The notes under the pieces: generated by a model
Databases searched by the model: none
What the model was told of the DNA's origin: nothing
What the model saw: only the letters and a program-made list of their open reading frames with translations
In this document: one piece after another, positions 51,608 to 64,000 of the stretch
How the letters are laid out: every line of letters starts with the position of its first letter
Numbering within the stretch: position 1 is the first letter of the stretch
Assembly: GCF_964355755.1 (NCBI RefSeq)
Contig: NC_092674.1
Coordinates: 23,436,001-23,500,000 of the forward strand
Direction of reading: 5' to 3'
Source of the DNA: Antedon mediterranea
Taxonomy: Eukaryota > Animalia > Echinodermata
Length of the DNA: 64,000 bases
Position numbers and translations under genes: made by a program

Positions 51608-51841
51608 GAAGGAAAAATACCCCTTAATTAATAGGGGCTCTGTAAATTCAAACATTTTTGTTGTAGATTTATTAAATAATGTTTTTATAAAGATAGATAA
51701 TAATAATTAAATTACTATTATTAAACTTTAGTAAGTAGCAAATACCCTCTTTTGGAACACCCCTATTCAGAAAGTATTTTCATGTGAAATGAAATGGGGT
51801 TATAAATGTTTCAACACTTTGGATGGCCATGGTCACCTGTT

Positions 51842-51962
51842 AAGGCCAATTTACACAGACAAGCGGTAACGGTCAGCGGAAAAGTATAGAACTATAGATT
51901 TTACACAAACTTGGAGCAAACAGGCGCTTGCCCTTACCACTCGTCCTGTGTAAATTGACCTT
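51842..51962. mobile_element. Small Harbinger-type MITE
   Basis: AAGGCCAATTTACACAG / CTGTGTAAATTGACCTT. Confidence 0.6.
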
Positions 51963-53570
51963 TAAGGGTACATTCTGTGGAGGTCTACTATATTAAATAT
52001 ATTTCTGTAATACTTTAAGATGTTTGTAACGTTTTAAATAAAATTGTTTTCTTAATCTATTATAATCATAGAAATACTAATACAGAGTCATGACATGGCA
52101 GATAATCTTCAAAATGGCTGACGTAATGTTCAAAAATATTTATTTAATCTATAAAAATATTTTTAAGTATTTTATTAATCATATATTTTGTTTAAATACA
52201 GTACAGTTTTTAGAAATTAACGCTGTAGTTAATGGCAATAACATGAATAATTTCTTTGCTTTTTTGTGAGGAGGACCCCACCTTTTTTTTTGTATTTTAT
52301 ATGTTATACCACAGAAAGGTAGCACATATTTTAAAATTTCCTACTTTCATATTGAAGATTGAAGAACTATGGAGTAAATAAACATTATTTATGAATACAT
52401 TAATTAAATTGTATTTTTGTTTTCTCCATTGATGAATAATAGTAAACGGAAAACACTTTACATTGTAATTTAATAATAAAAAAATGATAATAAGATTGAA
52501 ATAATGTTTTTTTTTGTGTGTATAATTGACAACATTTTTTTTAAAAACTTTTGATAAGCAAGGTAATCTAACAATGTACACATTGTCTGTGGCGTGGTGT
52601 CTGTTAAGAAGCGAGCGTGTAACTGATCGTATCGCAGCCACAGATAATTTATTTGATCTCCGGAGCTCAGCATGCTCTTGTTAGATTGCCTTGTTAAGTA
52701 ACCGCGCTGTTCTTAAAATGATGCTCACCAAATTTGGATAGTAGTAGTATAGTATCTCTGTATTAACTCACACTGAAGATGAAGAAAAAGGAACCCCAAT
52801 TGAGATTCGAACCAGGAACATAGTATGTGAATGCCCTGCTATTACTAGGGCTTTCATGGTGTTCTATGATTACGATAACACAAAAGATATAACAATTAAA
52901 AACTGTTTCCTTTCATATCTTTTGTATTGGCCAGAATATAGACCCTCTATGTACAACCGCTACTCTGTAATTAAATATAGAGGGCGCCCTATAGGACAAA
53001 AACATCATTCATTAAAAAACTTAATCTCATGGAAAATGTCTTCCGTGATGTTTATGTTATTATTAATTGAATTCCAACAAATGTGAAACGTTCAAGGCTT
53101 TTTATTCAAGTATCATAGTTATATCTTTATATTCCAGTATGTATAATCGAATTTTATTTACAAATGATAAAGTCGTTGTTTAAGGAAGAAGTGTGATAAG
53201 CTAGGCCTAGCCACCAGGTCAGACTTGAGTTTTTGATCTTGTTTTGTTGGGACATACGACGGTATGTGTGGATGTGAGTGAAGGACAGATAGGCCTAGCC
53301 TAACCTAGTCCCTGTCTGGGTACGGTTGTATTTAGCCTATCTAGTGGTGAAGTCTGGGCATGAATATCAGAAATATTTGGTGTAACAACAAGTAGGCCTA
53401 ATGTTTTATTTTGTATTGTTGTTGAATCTCTCATTTATTAGTGTAAATATTAAAGAATGAAATCAATCAACATTTCTTTTTTTTAAATAATTCAGTACTG
53501 GTCATCATATTAAACAAGAAAAATGTCATTGACCAAAACATACGCCACATAAGTGTAAGAAGTCAATAAG

Positions 53571-63668
<10,098 letters not shown>

Positions 63669-64000
63669 GTTGGTGTTGTATTCCTTTTGATACTTTTTAC
63701 TTGAAAGATAATAAATACTCTATATAGTTTATATATGACAAGAATTAAATAAATGTATTTGTAAATATCACTACACATTGAGCGGCCGAGCGGTAAGGCA
63801 GGGCCGCTGCAAACCATAGCCATAATATCAGCACATGTTTAAGGCAATCAATCATAGTTTTATTGGTAGAACAGGTCTTTTTAAGCAATGGCTTTAAGGT
63901 GGTCCAATGTACACATTGGCTCAAGTGAACTTAAAAAGAACCTGGAGTGTCGTTTAGAAAAGTAAGGCACAAGCAAGGACAAATTGATTAAAAGCAAGCA

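Noticed and set aside
50772-51710. 312-aa repetitive ORF
   Set aside because: Translation of an 87-bp (multiple of 3) MITE-derived array; no splice or promoter context.

Overview
AT-rich animal genomic DNA with spliceosomal introns and dense transposon content. It is probably a marine invertebrate, possibly an echinoderm; this is an inference from repeat style only. Four intron-containing genes lie in tandem on the + strand. (1) A complete KIF4 chromokinesin with 24 coding exons (about 1231 aa by my exon sum) and one GC-AG intron. (2) A divergent F-box gene with a MULE-like insertion just before its ATG and an in-frame TGA in its last exon. (3) A complete TMEM165/GDT1 (about 290 aa). (4) The 5' part of furry (FRY/FRYL), running off the window. 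Introns and spacers hold non-autonomous DNA transposons with readable TIRs and TSDs (MULE/foldback, piggyBac, Tc1/mariner, PIF/Harbinger, hAT with 5- and 6-bp TSDs), LINE and SINE fragments, a solo LTR and several minisatellites. The most unusual signals are: 19-29 bp CA..TG hairpins flanked by 7-bp direct repeats (candidate P-element excision footprints); a MITE that has captured a copy of the neighbouring FRY exon; one MITE family that has seeded four different tandem arrays; and TAGGCCTA/CTAG palindrome tracts just inside the first intron of all four genes. All coordinates were read by eye and no database searches were run.
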